From NCBI GenBank assembly GCA_021157415.1, contig JAGGWN010000117.1, positions 844 through 64,843 on the forward strand: a stretch of 64,000 nucleotides of DNA, read 5' to 3'. Each line of letters begins with the position of its first letter. Position 1 is the first letter of the stretch. This DNA comes from Bacteroidales bacterium. GTDB lineage: Bacteria > Bacteroidota > Bacteroidia > Bacteroidales > VadinHA17. The notes under the pieces are model-generated. The model was not told where the DNA came from. It saw nothing but the letters and a program-made list of their open reading frames with translations, and did no database searches. Positions 17,465 to 27,008 of the stretch are shown here, piece after piece. Both the position numbers and the translations under genes were made by a program.

Positions 17465-19918
17465 TTATTTATGAAATAGGAAATGAAAGATCTTACGTAG
17501 CAACGGTTTATGTTTGCCCTCTTCTTCATAGTAGCCCTGTCCATAACCATACCCGTAGCCATATCCGTAATGATATCCGTAGCCATACCCGTAACCATAT
17601 CCGTAACTGTAACCGTAGTAACTGGATAGCTTGATGTCGTTGACCAGAATGCCAAGTTTTTTCAGTTCCTGTTTTTCATACAGGTCGTCCAGAAATGGAA
17701 TCACATCCTTACTTGAATAGTTTTGCCGCACCAGGTAAAGGATCGTATCCGAAAACGGAATCAGCAGCAGGGTGTCTGTGACAATAGCCAAAGGAGGCGT
17801 ATCCACGACAATATAATCGAAATCTTTCTTAGCCAATGAGAAAAACGCTTCTGTCCCCGGGCTCTCCAGTAGCTCTGCCGGGTTGGGCGGTATTTCCCCG
17901 GAAGTGGCTACATACAGGTTTTCAATATCCGTTTTCAGGATCATTTCTTCATAACTGTGCTGATTAGCCAGATAAGAGCTTAATCCTATTTCATTGTTAA
18001 TGTTAAAATCCCTGTGAATCTTGGGTTTTCTTAAGTCAAAACTGGCAAGTAGCGTCTTTTTACCGGACATAGCTATGATAACGGCCAGATTTTCTGCTGC
18101 AAACGTTTTTCCTTCCCCACTGATTGTAGAGGTAACCACAATGATCTTTTGACTTTTTTCTTTCAGCTTATATTGCAGATTGGTTCGCAATGCACGGAAT
18201 GATTCTGCCAGTGCCGACTTAGGATGGGTAAGCACAGGAATATTTTCCTCAGTGGTGTTATGTCCGATGGTTCCCAGGATCGGGACACGGGTCTTGGATT
18301 CTATGTCTTTTTTGTCAACAACTTTGTTGTTAAAATATTCTAACAGCAGCAGGATGGTCAAAGGGATGATAAAACCCAACACCAGGGCGATCATGTAGTT
18401 CAATGAGGTTTTTGGTTTTACCCTGGAGGCATTCTCCGGTCGTGCAATATCCAGAATCTTGTTGTCAGCTACATTGGAGGCTTTCGCAATGCCGGCTTCG
18501 GCCCTTTTTTCCAACAGGTAAGTGTAAATCTGATTGGCGATGTTGTAAACCCGTTCAATGCCCAGCAATTGTCGTTCTTTTATGGGAAGCTTCTTGATCT
18601 GAACGGTCAGGGCATCTATGTTCTTATCAATATCCTGCAAACTCAGCTCGGTGGAATGGATCAGGCTTTTTACATTATTTACCAGTAGTTTTCGTGTTTC
18701 ATATATTTTCTGGTTGACAAGTTGTAATCCCGTTGAATTGGGCTGGGTTGTGATTTGCAGGTTGGTTTTCTGACTGTACAACTCAATCAATTGCTGGATC
18801 AGAGAGATCAATACCGGATCATTGATGCCCGCCACACTCGGAGCTACCATTTCACTTACATTGACCGATTCTTCCAGGAATTTTAAGACATACTGATAAT
18901 AGTTCTTCTGGATTTCCAGAACGGCCTTTTGCGACTGAAACTCACTGATCTTATCATAGATAGCCATCCCTTCCTTACTGATATCAATAATGTCGTTTTT
19001 AATACGGAAATTTTCCAGTTTCAACTCTGATTTGCGGAGAGAATCAACGATGTTCTTCATCTGCTCATCAATAAAATTGATGGTATTGGTGGCGATTCTG
19101 TTCTTTTCCTCCAGTCCCGAACGAATATAGACCTCTCCCAGTTTGTTGAGATAATCACATTCCTGCTGGGCAACCTGTCCTTGTGTGGTCAGGATCAGAA
19201 TAGAACCTTTTTTATCATTTACCGTAATGCTGAGCTTTCCCTTATACTGATTGGTCAGGGAATTGAGGTCATTGATAACAAAATAATATTTGTTTGACAA
19301 CTGTTCTTCGGGATCAAATGTTTCCGGGTTTCTGAGAAAAAGCCTGAAAGAAAAGTTTTCATTGATGAACGGGTCCCCATAATGCAAAATGGTATCAATG
19401 TTCATTCCTTCATCAATGGTAAGCCTGTATTTTTCTTTCGATAACAAAAAAATATTTACCCGGTGTCCTCTCATCTGTACATGAGAAGTATCTATCTCAA
19501 CAAAGAAAGGAGAACGGTTGTAAAGGGACGACTCTTTTATGCCTCTTCTGCCTACCAGCATATAGGTGATCTCAAAATCTTTCAGCTCGGAAAGAGCCTT
19601 GTGTGTTAGAGAGTAGGACTGAAGGATCCCCATTTCGTTATAAATATTCTTCTTGCTCCGGAAGATATCCATTCCCTCCAGAACATTTTCATATCCTGAC
19701 AATTGTCCTTTTCCGGCTTTTGTATCATCCCTCACAATGATGGTGGAAGTGACGCTGTATAACGGATCAGCATACCGGTTTACGAGGTAAGCGATGGTCA
19801 GCGCAAAAAACATGGCGATTGCAAACCAATACCAGTTATATAAAATCTTAAAAAGAAATTTTTTAAGATCGATACTTTCTTCTTGTATAAAAGGGTATTC
19901 TGAAGGCGTCGTTTCCAT
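17465..19918 (-). CDS. Polysaccharide co-polymerase / tyrosine autokinase (Wzc/PTK family)
   Basis: Wzz-like N-terminal domain with a TM helix, a long coiled-coil periplasmic region, a second TM helix, Walker A (TSTISGEGKTF), Walker A'/B (VVDTPP) and a C-terminal Tyr cluster. Confidence 0.9.
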   Translation of the reverse strand: METTPSEYPFIQEESIDLKKFLFKILYNWYWFAIAMFFALTIAYLVNRYADPLYSVTSTIIVRDDTKAGKGQLSGYENVLEGMDIFRSKKNIYNEMGILQSYSLTHKALSELKDFEITYMLVGRRGIKESSLYNRSPFFVEIDTSHVQMRGHRVNIFLLSKEKYRLTIDEGMNIDTILHYGDPFINENFSFRLFLRNPETFDPEEQLSNKYYFVINDLNSLTNQYKGKLSITVNDKKGSILILTTQGQVAQQECDYLNKLGEVYIRSGLEEKNRIATNTINFIDEQMKNIVDSLRKSELKLENFRIKNDIIDISKEGMAIYDKISEFQSQKAVLEIQKNYYQYVLKFLEESVNVSEMVAPSVAGINDPVLISLIQQLIELYSQKTNLQITTQPNSTGLQLVNQKIYETRKLLVNNVKSLIHSTELSLQDIDKNIDALTVQIKKLPIKERQLLGIERVYNIANQIYTYLLEKRAEAGIAKASNVADNKILDIARPENASRVKPKTSLNYMIALVLGFIIPLTILLLLEYFNNKVVDKKDIESKTRVPILGTIGHNTTEENIPVLTHPKSALAESFRALRTNLQYKLKEKSQKIIVVTSTISGEGKTFAAENLAVIIAMSGKKTLLASFDLRKPKIHRDFNINNEIGLSSYLANQHSYEEMILKTDIENLYVATSGEIPPNPAELLESPGTEAFFSLAKKDFDYIVVDTPPLAIVTDTLLLIPFSDTILYLVRQNYSSKDVIPFLDDLYEKQELKKLGILVNDIKLSSYYGYSYGYGYGYGYGYHYGYGYGYGYGQGYYEEEGKHKPLLRKIFHFLFHK
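17528..17620 (-). repeat. Hexanucleotide-periodic coding repeat that encodes the (Tyr-Gly)n tail of Wzc
   Basis: Codon-by-codon reading gives YYGYSYGYGYGYGYGYHYGYGYGYGYGQGYY, which is 16 Tyr in 31 codons. Confidence 0.9.
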
Positions 19919-19921
19919 AAA

Positions 19922-20692
19922 CTATTTAATAAATGATAATACAAGAATCAAAGTGGAGACACTGGTAAGGAGCAGACTGAAAATGGGGATGTTGATTCGG
20001 AAGGGTTTACTTTTGATCGGTTCGACATAAACGATGTCATTGGGCAAAAGAAAGAATGCGTCAGAGGTCAGGAACTTTGAATTGGTCAGATCGACACGAT
20101 AAACCGTGGATTTTGTCTCTCCGGGCCGTAACACCAGTACCCGCTCTCTGTTTCCGTAGTCGGTGATGTCGCCTGCACGGGAGATAGCTTCCAATACGGT
20201 CAGCTGATTGTTGAAATTGGTGTAAGTGCCTGGTTTTTTTACTTCTCCAAGAACCGAGTACTTAAAACTGACAAGTTTAACATCTACCGTAGCATTTTTT
20301 AACACATCGTTTGTTTTTTCCTGGATGGCATTTTTTGCTTCTTCCACAGTCAAACCTGCCACTTTAACTGCCCCTACAAAAGGGACGGTGACATACCCGG
20401 AATCATTGACAGAATAACCATAAATGTAAAAACTCTGATCGTTGTTAAATATGTTCTGCTGGTTCTGACTCATATTGGGATTATAGACCTGGTTAATATC
20501 GGGGTCTATACTCATGATACGAATGTATAAAATATCGCTGTTGTGGATTTTATAGTTCGGTGTACGCTGTTTGGAGACCTCCGGAGCTTTCAGAGTATCG
20601 ATATCCTGAAGGTAAATAAGCTGTTTTTGTGAAGTACAGGAAGAAAAAAATATTAAAATGATTACTACTCCACCCCAAAAATATCTGGTCAT
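19922..20692 (-). CDS. Polysaccharide export outer-membrane protein (Wza family)
   Basis: Lipoprotein signal (FFSSC), a Poly_export-like motif (YKIHNSDILYIRI...) and a SLBB-like region. Its stop is 4 nt upstream of the wzc start. Confidence 0.85.
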   Translation of the reverse strand: MTRYFWGGVVIILIFFSSCTSQKQLIYLQDIDTLKAPEVSKQRTPNYKIHNSDILYIRIMSIDPDINQVYNPNMSQNQQNIFNNDQSFYIYGYSVNDSGYVTVPFVGAVKVAGLTVEEAKNAIQEKTNDVLKNATVDVKLVSFKYSVLGEVKKPGTYTNFNNQLTVLEAISRAGDITDYGNRERVLVLRPGETKSTVYRVDLTNSKFLTSDAFFLLPNDIVYVEPIKSKPFRINIPIFSLLLTSVSTLILVLSFIK

Positions 20693-20717
20693 GTTATAAG
20701 CTTGTTTTAAATAGATG

Positions 20718-20725
20718 CAAACTTA
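20718..20725 (-). promoter_or_regulatory. Candidate -7 promoter box (TAAGTTTG on the minus strand) for wza-wzc
   Basis: Exact TAnnTTTG match 26 nt upstream of the start at 20692. Confidence 0.4.
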
Positions 20726-20822
20726 ATGATTATTTCAGATTTCTACAAGGTAAAAACCCATGAATTAACCTATGAAAATATTGTTCTGGCATGATATTAG
20801 TATAAAGTAATAAAGTTTTATT

Positions 20823-20830
20823 TAACTTTG
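20823..20830 (+). promoter_or_regulatory. Candidate -7 promoter box (TAACTTTG) for the yqgE/algH-like gene
   Basis: Exact TAnnTTTG match 19 nt upstream of the ATG at 20849. Confidence 0.4.
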
Positions 20831-20848
20831 TTTTTAAAGGAATAAAGA

Positions 20849-21439
20849 ATGAATGTGCCATTTGATTTTTTTTCGGTTGAGAAAAAAGATACGATTCCCG
20901 GAAAGGGGAAGGTATTGATCTCAGAACCTTTCTTGAGTGATGAATATTTTAAAAGATCGATCGTTCTGTTGGCGGAATATGGCAAAGAGGGGGCCCTGGG
21001 TTTTGTGTTGAATAAACCTGTAAATATGACAGTCAGAAAGCTCGTAAAGGATTTTCCCGAGACAGACATTCCTGTTTTTTTGGGCGGGCCCGTATCCACG
21101 AATACACTGCACTACATTCATACACTGGGAGAGTTTCTTCCGGGGAGTAAATGTATTTTTAGCGACATATACTGGGGCGGGGATTTTGAAGCCCTGAAGC
21201 AACTGGTAAAGCAGAGGGTAGCTACCCGGAAAAATATGAGGTTTTTTATCGGTTATTCGGGTTGGGATGCCGGCCAGCTCGAAAAAGAGTTGTCTGAGAA
21301 TGCCTGGGTGATTACCAGGCTTGGGGTGAAACAGATTATGATGGGAAACGATCAGCAAATATGGAAGAAAGTCTTGCGCGACCTTGGAAAGAAATATAAA
21401 TTGTGGGCGGATTTTCCGGAAAACCCGGGGTTAAACTAA
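20849..21439 (+). CDS. YqgE/AlgH family (UPF0301) protein
   Basis: GKVLISEPFLSDEYFKRSIVLLAEYGKEGALGFVLNKP...GGPV...GYSGWDAGQLEKEL is the canonical UPF0301 pattern. Confidence 0.85.
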   Translation: MNVPFDFFSVEKKDTIPGKGKVLISEPFLSDEYFKRSIVLLAEYGKEGALGFVLNKPVNMTVRKLVKDFPETDIPVFLGGPVSTNTLHYIHTLGEFLPGSKCIFSDIYWGGDFEALKQLVKQRVATRKNMRFFIGYSGWDAGQLEKELSENAWVITRLGVKQIMMGNDQQIWKKVLRDLGKKYKLWADFPENPGLN

Positions 21440-22045
21440 TCCCATTTCTGAGAGAAATAACCGGATCAGGGCAGGATTCATCAACACAGGATATAAGAAA
21501 CCAAAAAGTGCTCCGGCAAAATGAGCCTCATGATTGATGTTCTGATCACTTCTTTTGGCCATATACTGAGAGTATAGCAGATAAAGAATTCCGAAAACAA
21601 AGGCAGGAATGGGAATGAAATAAAAATAAATCAGGCTTTTGGGCTGGAAGAAGATACTGGTGAAGACAACGGCGGAAACAGCTCCCGAAGCTCCGACCGA
21701 ATTATAAGAAACATTGTTTCTATGCCTGTACAGGGTGGGGAGGGCGGAAAAAAGAATCCCTCCGGCATATAAAAAAAGAAAATTGAGAGAAGGATGTCGG
21801 ATATAATCATGTACGGCCAGTTCTTTTAAGTATCTTTCATTGAAGATGCCGAAGGAAAACAGGACAAACATGTTCACCCCCAAGTGAACCCAGTCGGCAT
21901 GAATGAATCCATGTGTTACGATACGCCAGTATTCTCTGTTTCTGAAAAAAAAATAAGGATTCAGAGTCAACTTGTAAAAGAAATCGGGTTTGTTGAATGC
22001 ATATACCGAAACAATCGTAGTGAGCACAATGATGGCAATGGTCAT
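21431..22045 (-). CDS. Rhomboid family intramembrane serine protease
   Basis: Six TM helices, the WRIVTHGFIH motif, catalytic GASGAVSAV and a downstream HEAHFAGALFG. Confidence 0.85.
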   Translation of the reverse strand: MTIAIIVLTTIVSVYAFNKPDFFYKLTLNPYFFFRNREYWRIVTHGFIHADWVHLGVNMFVLFSFGIFNERYLKELAVHDYIRHPSLNFLFLYAGGILFSALPTLYRHRNNVSYNSVGASGAVSAVVFTSIFFQPKSLIYFYFIPIPAFVFGILYLLYSQYMAKRSDQNINHEAHFAGALFGFLYPVLMNPALIRLFLSEMGLV

Positions 22046-22055
22046 AAGAATAGAG

Positions 22056-23066
22056 TTAGTGTAGTATTTTAAATATCAGCTCCTTGAGAAGATCGCAGGG
22101 GGTGGCTGAAATATTTCCTATGCCTTTCGACCGGGCATCCGTTTCATGAAGCAGTGAGATTATTTGCTCTACCCTGGAATATGAAAACCGTTGGGCTGCT
22201 TTTTCATAATCTTTCAGAAAAAACTCTCTGGTTTTCAGAATCTCTGCTATCCGGGCGCGGGGAAGCTTCTTGACACTGTGATAGGCCAGTAATTTGGAAA
22301 AGAAAAAATATAAATAGGATACCGTTAATTGGATGGGATGGTCCTTACTATTCTTGCAAAAGTGAAAAACGATCCGGTTGGCTTTCAGGATGTCCCTGGT
22401 GATAATGGCTTTTTGTAACTCAATATTGTTATAGTCCTTACTGAAGCCGATGTATTTTTCAATATGTTCCGGCAGAACCTGTTTAATGCCCGCAGGTAAG
22501 GTTATGGCCAGCTTGTCCAACTCGTTGACAATATGGGACAAGTCGTTTCCGACATGTTCAGCGATTAGTAATGCCGTATCATATTTCAGAGAAAGATTTT
22601 TCCGCGATGCATATTTTATGATCCAATCCGGGATCTGATTGTCATACAGTTTCTTTGATTCAAAGTAAAGACAAGTTTTTGATTTGGAAACAGCCTGATA
22701 AAACTTTGTCCTTTTGTCAAGCTTTCTATGCTTGTAATTTAACACCAGGACGGTGGTGGGTGCAGGTTGTTTGACGTAATTTGTGAGCAGGTCGGTTTTA
22801 TTCATTTCCTGGGCTTCCTTGACAATCACTACCTGGCGATTGGCCATCATCGGGAACCGTCTGGCTGTCTCAATGATTGTCAGAGGGTCACTGTCTTTCC
22901 CGTAAAATATTTGCAGGTTAAAAGCCCTCTCCTGCTCGGAGAGAACATTCTTTTCAATAAAATCGGAGAGAACATCAATGTAATAAGGTTCTTCTCCGCA
23001 AAGAAAATAAACAGGGTAGATCGTTCCTTTTTTTATATCTTCAATGATCTGAGTGGCTGGTAGCAT
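22056..23066 (-). CDS. holA: DNA polymerase III subunit delta
   Basis: 336 aa. The N-terminus (PVYFLCGEEPYYID) and overall pattern match HolA. Confidence 0.8.
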   Translation of the reverse strand: MLPATQIIEDIKKGTIYPVYFLCGEEPYYIDVLSDFIEKNVLSEQERAFNLQIFYGKDSDPLTIIETARRFPMMANRQVVIVKEAQEMNKTDLLTNYVKQPAPTTVLVLNYKHRKLDKRTKFYQAVSKSKTCLYFESKKLYDNQIPDWIIKYASRKNLSLKYDTALLIAEHVGNDLSHIVNELDKLAITLPAGIKQVLPEHIEKYIGFSKDYNNIELQKAIITRDILKANRIVFHFCKNSKDHPIQLTVSYLYFFFSKLLAYHSVKKLPRARIAEILKTREFFLKDYEKAAQRFSYSRVEQIISLLHETDARSKGIGNISATPCDLLKELIFKILH

Positions 23067-23084
23067 GACAGGAGAGTTGATTGT

Positions 23085-23855
23085 TTAGAAACGCAGGTGT
23101 TTAACGGATATTCCGTTATTCTTCAGGTCCATCAGGGCATTATAACCTATTTTCAGATGATCATTCAGAAACCGGTCATCAACGTATTTGTCCGTTTCCC
23201 TTGTTTTTATGCCCTCCGAGATCATGGGTTGATCGGACACCAGCAACAAAGCTCCTGTAGGGATCTCATTGGCAAAGCCAACGGTGAAAATCGTAGCAGT
23301 TTCCATATCAATGGCCATAGCACGTGTTTTAACGAGATATCTTTTGAAACGTTCGTCATATTCCCAAACCCTGCGGTTGGTCGTAAAAACGGTTCCTGTC
23401 CAGTAGTCTCTGCCGTGTTCCAGAATAGAGTTGGATACGGCTCTTTGCAGACTAAAAGCAGGAAGGGCCGGTATTTCCGGAGGGAGATAATCACTGGAGG
23501 TTCCTTCACTGCGAATGGCTGCTATGGGCAGGATCAGATCTCCCAGTTTGTTTTTCTTTTTCAAACCGCCGCACTTACCCAGAAATAAAACGGCTTTGGG
23601 CATGATCGCTGTCAATAAGTCCATTATCGTGGCCGCATTGGGACTGCCCATGCCAAAGTCTATTATGGTAACCCCGTTATGTGTCGCATTGGGCATGTTG
23701 GATGTTGGTCCGATAACCGGCACCTGATGCCACTTCGAGAACAGATCGATGTATGAATAAAAATTAGTAAGCAGGATGTATTCACCAAAATTCTCCAGTG
23801 CGTTCCCGGTATATCTTGGTAACCAGTCTTGTACTATATCATCTTTCGTTTTCAT
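23085..23855 (-). CDS. amn: AMP nucleosidase (short, catalytic-domain form; PNP_UDP_1 fold)
   Basis: FGMGSPNAATIMDLL, LFLGKCGGL, AIDMETATIF and LLVSDQP motifs of the nucleoside phosphorylase/AMP nucleosidase family. Confidence 0.75.
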   Translation of the reverse strand: MKTKDDIVQDWLPRYTGNALENFGEYILLTNFYSYIDLFSKWHQVPVIGPTSNMPNATHNGVTIIDFGMGSPNAATIMDLLTAIMPKAVLFLGKCGGLKKKNKLGDLILPIAAIRSEGTSSDYLPPEIPALPAFSLQRAVSNSILEHGRDYWTGTVFTTNRRVWEYDERFKRYLVKTRAMAIDMETATIFTVGFANEIPTGALLLVSDQPMISEGIKTRETDKYVDDRFLNDHLKIGYNALMDLKNNGISVKHLRF

Positions 23856-23971
23856 TTGTTTATATATTACATGTACCTGCCTTACTCTTATTTGTCATTT
23901 CTGATGTTCAGCCATGTTCTCTAATCACAGCTACCTACTAATAATTATTAACCCGGAACCACAAACTTTTT

Positions 23972-23979
23972 TAACTTTG
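23972..23979 (+). promoter_or_regulatory. Candidate -7 promoter box (TAACTTTG) for the HsdR_N-domain gene
   Basis: Exact TAnnTTTG match 23 nt upstream of the TTG start at 24002. Confidence 0.35.
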
Positions 23980-24001
23980 CTAAGATACAAAATTCCGGCC
24001 G

Positions 24002-24475
24002 TTGAAAACGAATCTTAATCTTCCGAAGTTTGACATTCCTGTGAGGACACAGGAAGGAAAGCTTTTTGTGTTTGATCCTGTAAGAAAAAAGTATGTGAGG
24101 CTTACACCTGAAGAATGGGTGAGGCAGAATTTTCTGTTATTCCTGAACGAGTTTAAGAAGTATCCGATATCCCTGATGCAGGTAGAAAAGGAATTTGTTT
24201 GGAATAACCTTTCCATGCGGAGTGATATCTTACTGTTTTCCAGTGATGGTAAACCCAGGATGATTGTGGAATGCAAAGCTCCGGAAGTGGCTGTGACGGA
24301 TAAGGTCTTTGAGCAGATTGCCAGGTATAACCTACGTTATCAGGTCCCATACCTGGTAGTGACCAACGGGCTGAGCCATTATTGCTGCAAGATGAATTAC
24401 AACGTGGGAACATACCTGTTTTTGGAGGATATCCCCGATTATAAAACCATTTCCGAAACAGGTTTTATCAGTTGA
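24002..24475 (+). CDS. Stand-alone type I restriction enzyme HsdR N-terminal domain (PD-(D/E)xK-like) protein
   Basis: 157 aa. The pattern RKKYVRLTPEEWVRQNFLLFL...DILLFSSDGKPRMIVECKAP is typical of the small HSDR_N family proteins common in Bacteroidota. Confidence 0.7.
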   Translation: MKTNLNLPKFDIPVRTQEGKLFVFDPVRKKYVRLTPEEWVRQNFLLFLNEFKKYPISLMQVEKEFVWNNLSMRSDILLFSSDGKPRMIVECKAPEVAVTDKVFEQIARYNLRYQVPYLVVTNGLSHYCCKMNYNVGTYLFLEDIPDYKTISETGFIS

Positions 24476-25014
24476 AAAATCAATTCATCTTCCCATTGGT
24501 CCGCTTTTCTCAACCAGTCTTTCTTACGACCGGTTTCAGTAAATCCTTTCGATTGGAATAAACGAATACTTTGAAGGTTTCCGGCCGGAATATTGCAATA
24601 AACCTGGTGCAACAAAAGTACGGAAAAACAATAGTCTATAATAATTTCCAGAGACTGGCCGGCATATCCCTTTTTTCTTTCTTCTTTTTCTTTGATCAGA
24701 ACACCTATACCAATCCTCAGATTCTGGGGGTCAAAATCGAAAAGATCTATGGTCCCGATGGTTTTAACGACCGGCTCGGAGGGAACCGGTTTCCGGTCAA
24801 TCATAAAGCGGATTTGCCCCGATTGGAATATATCCCGATGGGAATTTTCGATATACTGTTTCAATACAAAACGGGAGAATGGAGTCAGTGTGTTACTTAC
24901 TGTCCATATTTCAGGATCATTTTCCCATTTGTAGAGCAGCTCAAGATCTTCCGGTTCTAAAGCACGGAGAAGGATTTGATCGTTTTCCAGATGAAAAGTC
25001 TTTTCGGGTGTCAT
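24439..25014 (-). CDS. GNAT family N-acetyltransferase (RimJ/RimL-like)
   Basis: LRALEPEDLELLYKWENDPEIW at the N-terminus and an acetyl-CoA-binding region KGYAGQSLEIIIDYCF. Its ATG overlaps the stop of the upstream paralogue A as ATGA. Confidence 0.8.
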   Translation of the reverse strand: MTPEKTFHLENDQILLRALEPEDLELLYKWENDPEIWTVSNTLTPFSRFVLKQYIENSHRDIFQSGQIRFMIDRKPVPSEPVVKTIGTIDLFDFDPQNLRIGIGVLIKEKEERKKGYAGQSLEIIIDYCFSVLLLHQVYCNIPAGNLQSIRLFQSKGFTETGRKKDWLRKADQWEDELIFQLIKPVSEMVL

Positions 25015-26963
25015 CCTTCGGGTTTATCTTCGGAGTCACTATAGACTTTCTTTACGAATACATCCGCGTATCCTTTTTTTAATATCTTTTGCCTGGCTTT
25101 TTGTGCTTCTTTCAACGTTTTATATTGACCGACCGTGTACCGGTAGAAAGCATCCTTTCCATGCAGGACCACGACCCCTTTAAGATTCCTGAAATAGGAA
25201 ATATCTACCGGATTCAGCAGTGCCATTACCTGAACCGTGTAATATAAGACCTTCCTTCCTTGTTTATCAATATACTCAGGGTTCTTTACCATGACGTTGG
25301 TTACAATATTAAAGGTGTCCTGCGCAGTGGTTTCAGGGATAGGTGGTGTCTTTTTCTTAGGGATCCAGGAGGTGTCTTTCTCCAGATAGAGGTCATGAGT
25401 AATTTTCAGGGAAGGAGCATCTTTTTTAATGACAAGCGTATCCTGAAAAGGGAGAATGCCTTCTCCGTCACAGTCGATCCGGTAGGTTCCGTGTGGCACA
25501 TGGAAATGATACATACCGCTTTTATAATCGGGTACTCCGATATCTGCAGTATCCATTGAGATGGTGTCAATGATCCGGATCCTGACGTTGGGGTTTAGGA
25601 TGGGGTCGATGGTGTCATTGATATGAACGATCCCCATCACATCAAAAAGAGGGCTGGTTTCAGCTGTTCCCAGAAAGTCCAGACGAAAAATATTCATTTC
25701 CTTGTAACCGTCCAGCAGGGAAATATACCCGGATTTCCCATTTCTGTATGGTTGGAAAAACACGTCTTCATCGGTGGTACTCACCGGATAACCAATGTTA
25801 TCCGGTTTTTTCCAATGGTTACCTTTGCGTTTCGACACAAAAATATCATATCCTCCCATGTTAAAATGACCTTCAGATGTAAAAAATAACAAGGAGTCGT
25901 TCATGGATATGAAAGGACTGTTCTCATTGTACTTGGTATTGACAATAGGGCCCAGGTTTTTTGCCGGTCCCCAGTCGCCTCCCTTTTCACGATGAGTCAT
26001 ATAGATGTCCAATTCACCGATGCCTCCTTCCCGGTTGCTTGTAAAATACAAGGTTGACCCGTCTTTGCTTATAGAAGCATGGGATTCATAATATTTGGTA
26101 TTGATATTTTTATTCAGTTTCTTGATCCTGGACCATTGATTTCCGTCAAAAGTGGATACATAAATATTTCCTTCGAAGTTGTCCGTTTTATAAAGGTAGA
26201 GTTCGGTGCCATCGTAATTCAGGCACGAGGTGGAACAATCTTTATCAGAGCCTATTTCTGTTGTTATGTCTACCGGAATCATCCAGTGTCCGTGGATTTT
26301 TTTGCTAAAATACACCACCAGATCTTCTCCGAAATGTGCGGTGAAAGCCAGGGTATTCCCATCGCCGGAGATCACAGGATTCAGGTTGATTGAGGAGATG
26401 TTGACGGTGTCGCCCAGGTTGGTTCTTTTGATCTTCAGCGGTGTGGCCATCAGTTTTAAAGCGTTCTTGCAGGCAAGAATTTGCTGATCCACGAAGTCTT
26501 CATTAATCATTTTATTTTTGGCAGACAATTGTTTCTTGAAATATTTATATTTTTCTATGGCCTTATCCAGTTGATTATTTATACGGTATGCATTGCCCAG
26601 CTGAAAAAACACATCCAGCGGAGCCTTGGTTTCAGAAAACTGATCTTCTTGGGCATCATAGCTGGCATTTTGAGCAGCCTTTTCCAGATAGGAGATGGCC
26701 TTGTCTTTTTCATATGGAGTATTCAGATAACAGACCCCTATTTTATAGGCAATATTTGCATTGTCGGGGAGGCTTTCATACAGGATGAGATAAAGCGGGG
26801 TAGCCAGTTCATATTCTTCATAAAGGAAATGAGACTCTGCCTGCACAAAAAAATCTTTTAGTTCAGACTTGTTCTGTGCATGAAGAGTCCCTGAAGTATT
26901 GAATATGAAAATAATTCCTGTGAACAAGATTACTTTTAAATAACATGTGTGTTTCATAATCAT
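25011..26963 (-). CDS. Envelope paralogue A: signal peptide + TPR + PD40/TolB-like beta-propeller + Ig/CarboxypepD_reg-like domain + C-terminal SPOR domain
   Basis: It shares the N-terminal motifs of the array (YKIGVCYLNTPYEKDKAISYLEKA, ETKAPLDVFFQLGNAYRINNQLDKAIEKY) and the PD40 repeats (SKDGSTLYFTSNREGGIGELDIY). The C-terminus YYTVQVMAL...FYRYTVGQYKTLKEAQKARQKILKKGYADVFVKKV fits the SPOR fold pattern. Confidence 0.8.
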   Translation of the reverse strand: MIMKHTCYLKVILFTGIIFIFNTSGTLHAQNKSELKDFFVQAESHFLYEEYELATPLYLILYESLPDNANIAYKIGVCYLNTPYEKDKAISYLEKAAQNASYDAQEDQFSETKAPLDVFFQLGNAYRINNQLDKAIEKYKYFKKQLSAKNKMINEDFVDQQILACKNALKLMATPLKIKRTNLGDTVNISSINLNPVISGDGNTLAFTAHFGEDLVVYFSKKIHGHWMIPVDITTEIGSDKDCSTSCLNYDGTELYLYKTDNFEGNIYVSTFDGNQWSRIKKLNKNINTKYYESHASISKDGSTLYFTSNREGGIGELDIYMTHREKGGDWGPAKNLGPIVNTKYNENSPFISMNDSLLFFTSEGHFNMGGYDIFVSKRKGNHWKKPDNIGYPVSTTDEDVFFQPYRNGKSGYISLLDGYKEMNIFRLDFLGTAETSPLFDVMGIVHINDTIDPILNPNVRIRIIDTISMDTADIGVPDYKSGMYHFHVPHGTYRIDCDGEGILPFQDTLVIKKDAPSLKITHDLYLEKDTSWIPKKKTPPIPETTAQDTFNIVTNVMVKNPEYIDKQGRKVLYYTVQVMALLNPVDISYFRNLKGVVVLHGKDAFYRYTVGQYKTLKEAQKARQKILKKGYADVFVKKVYSDSEDKPEG

Positions 26964-27008
26964 TAAGCTTTAACCGGTTGATAAACACATAATGTTCCCT
27001 GCCTCATT

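Noticed and set aside
17428-17655. ORFs of 68 aa (plus strand) and 71 aa (minus strand, other frame) spanning the nhaC-wzc junction.
   Set aside because: They are alternative-frame readings of the Tyr-Gly coding repeat at the wzc 3' end. They have repetitive His/Thr/Asn/Arg composition and no independent support.
24002-24475. The HsdR N-terminal-domain protein as a sign of a type I restriction-modification or defence island.
   Set aside because: There are no hsdM, hsdS or helicase-domain hsdR genes nearby. This small stand-alone family is widespread in Bacteroidota in housekeeping contexts.
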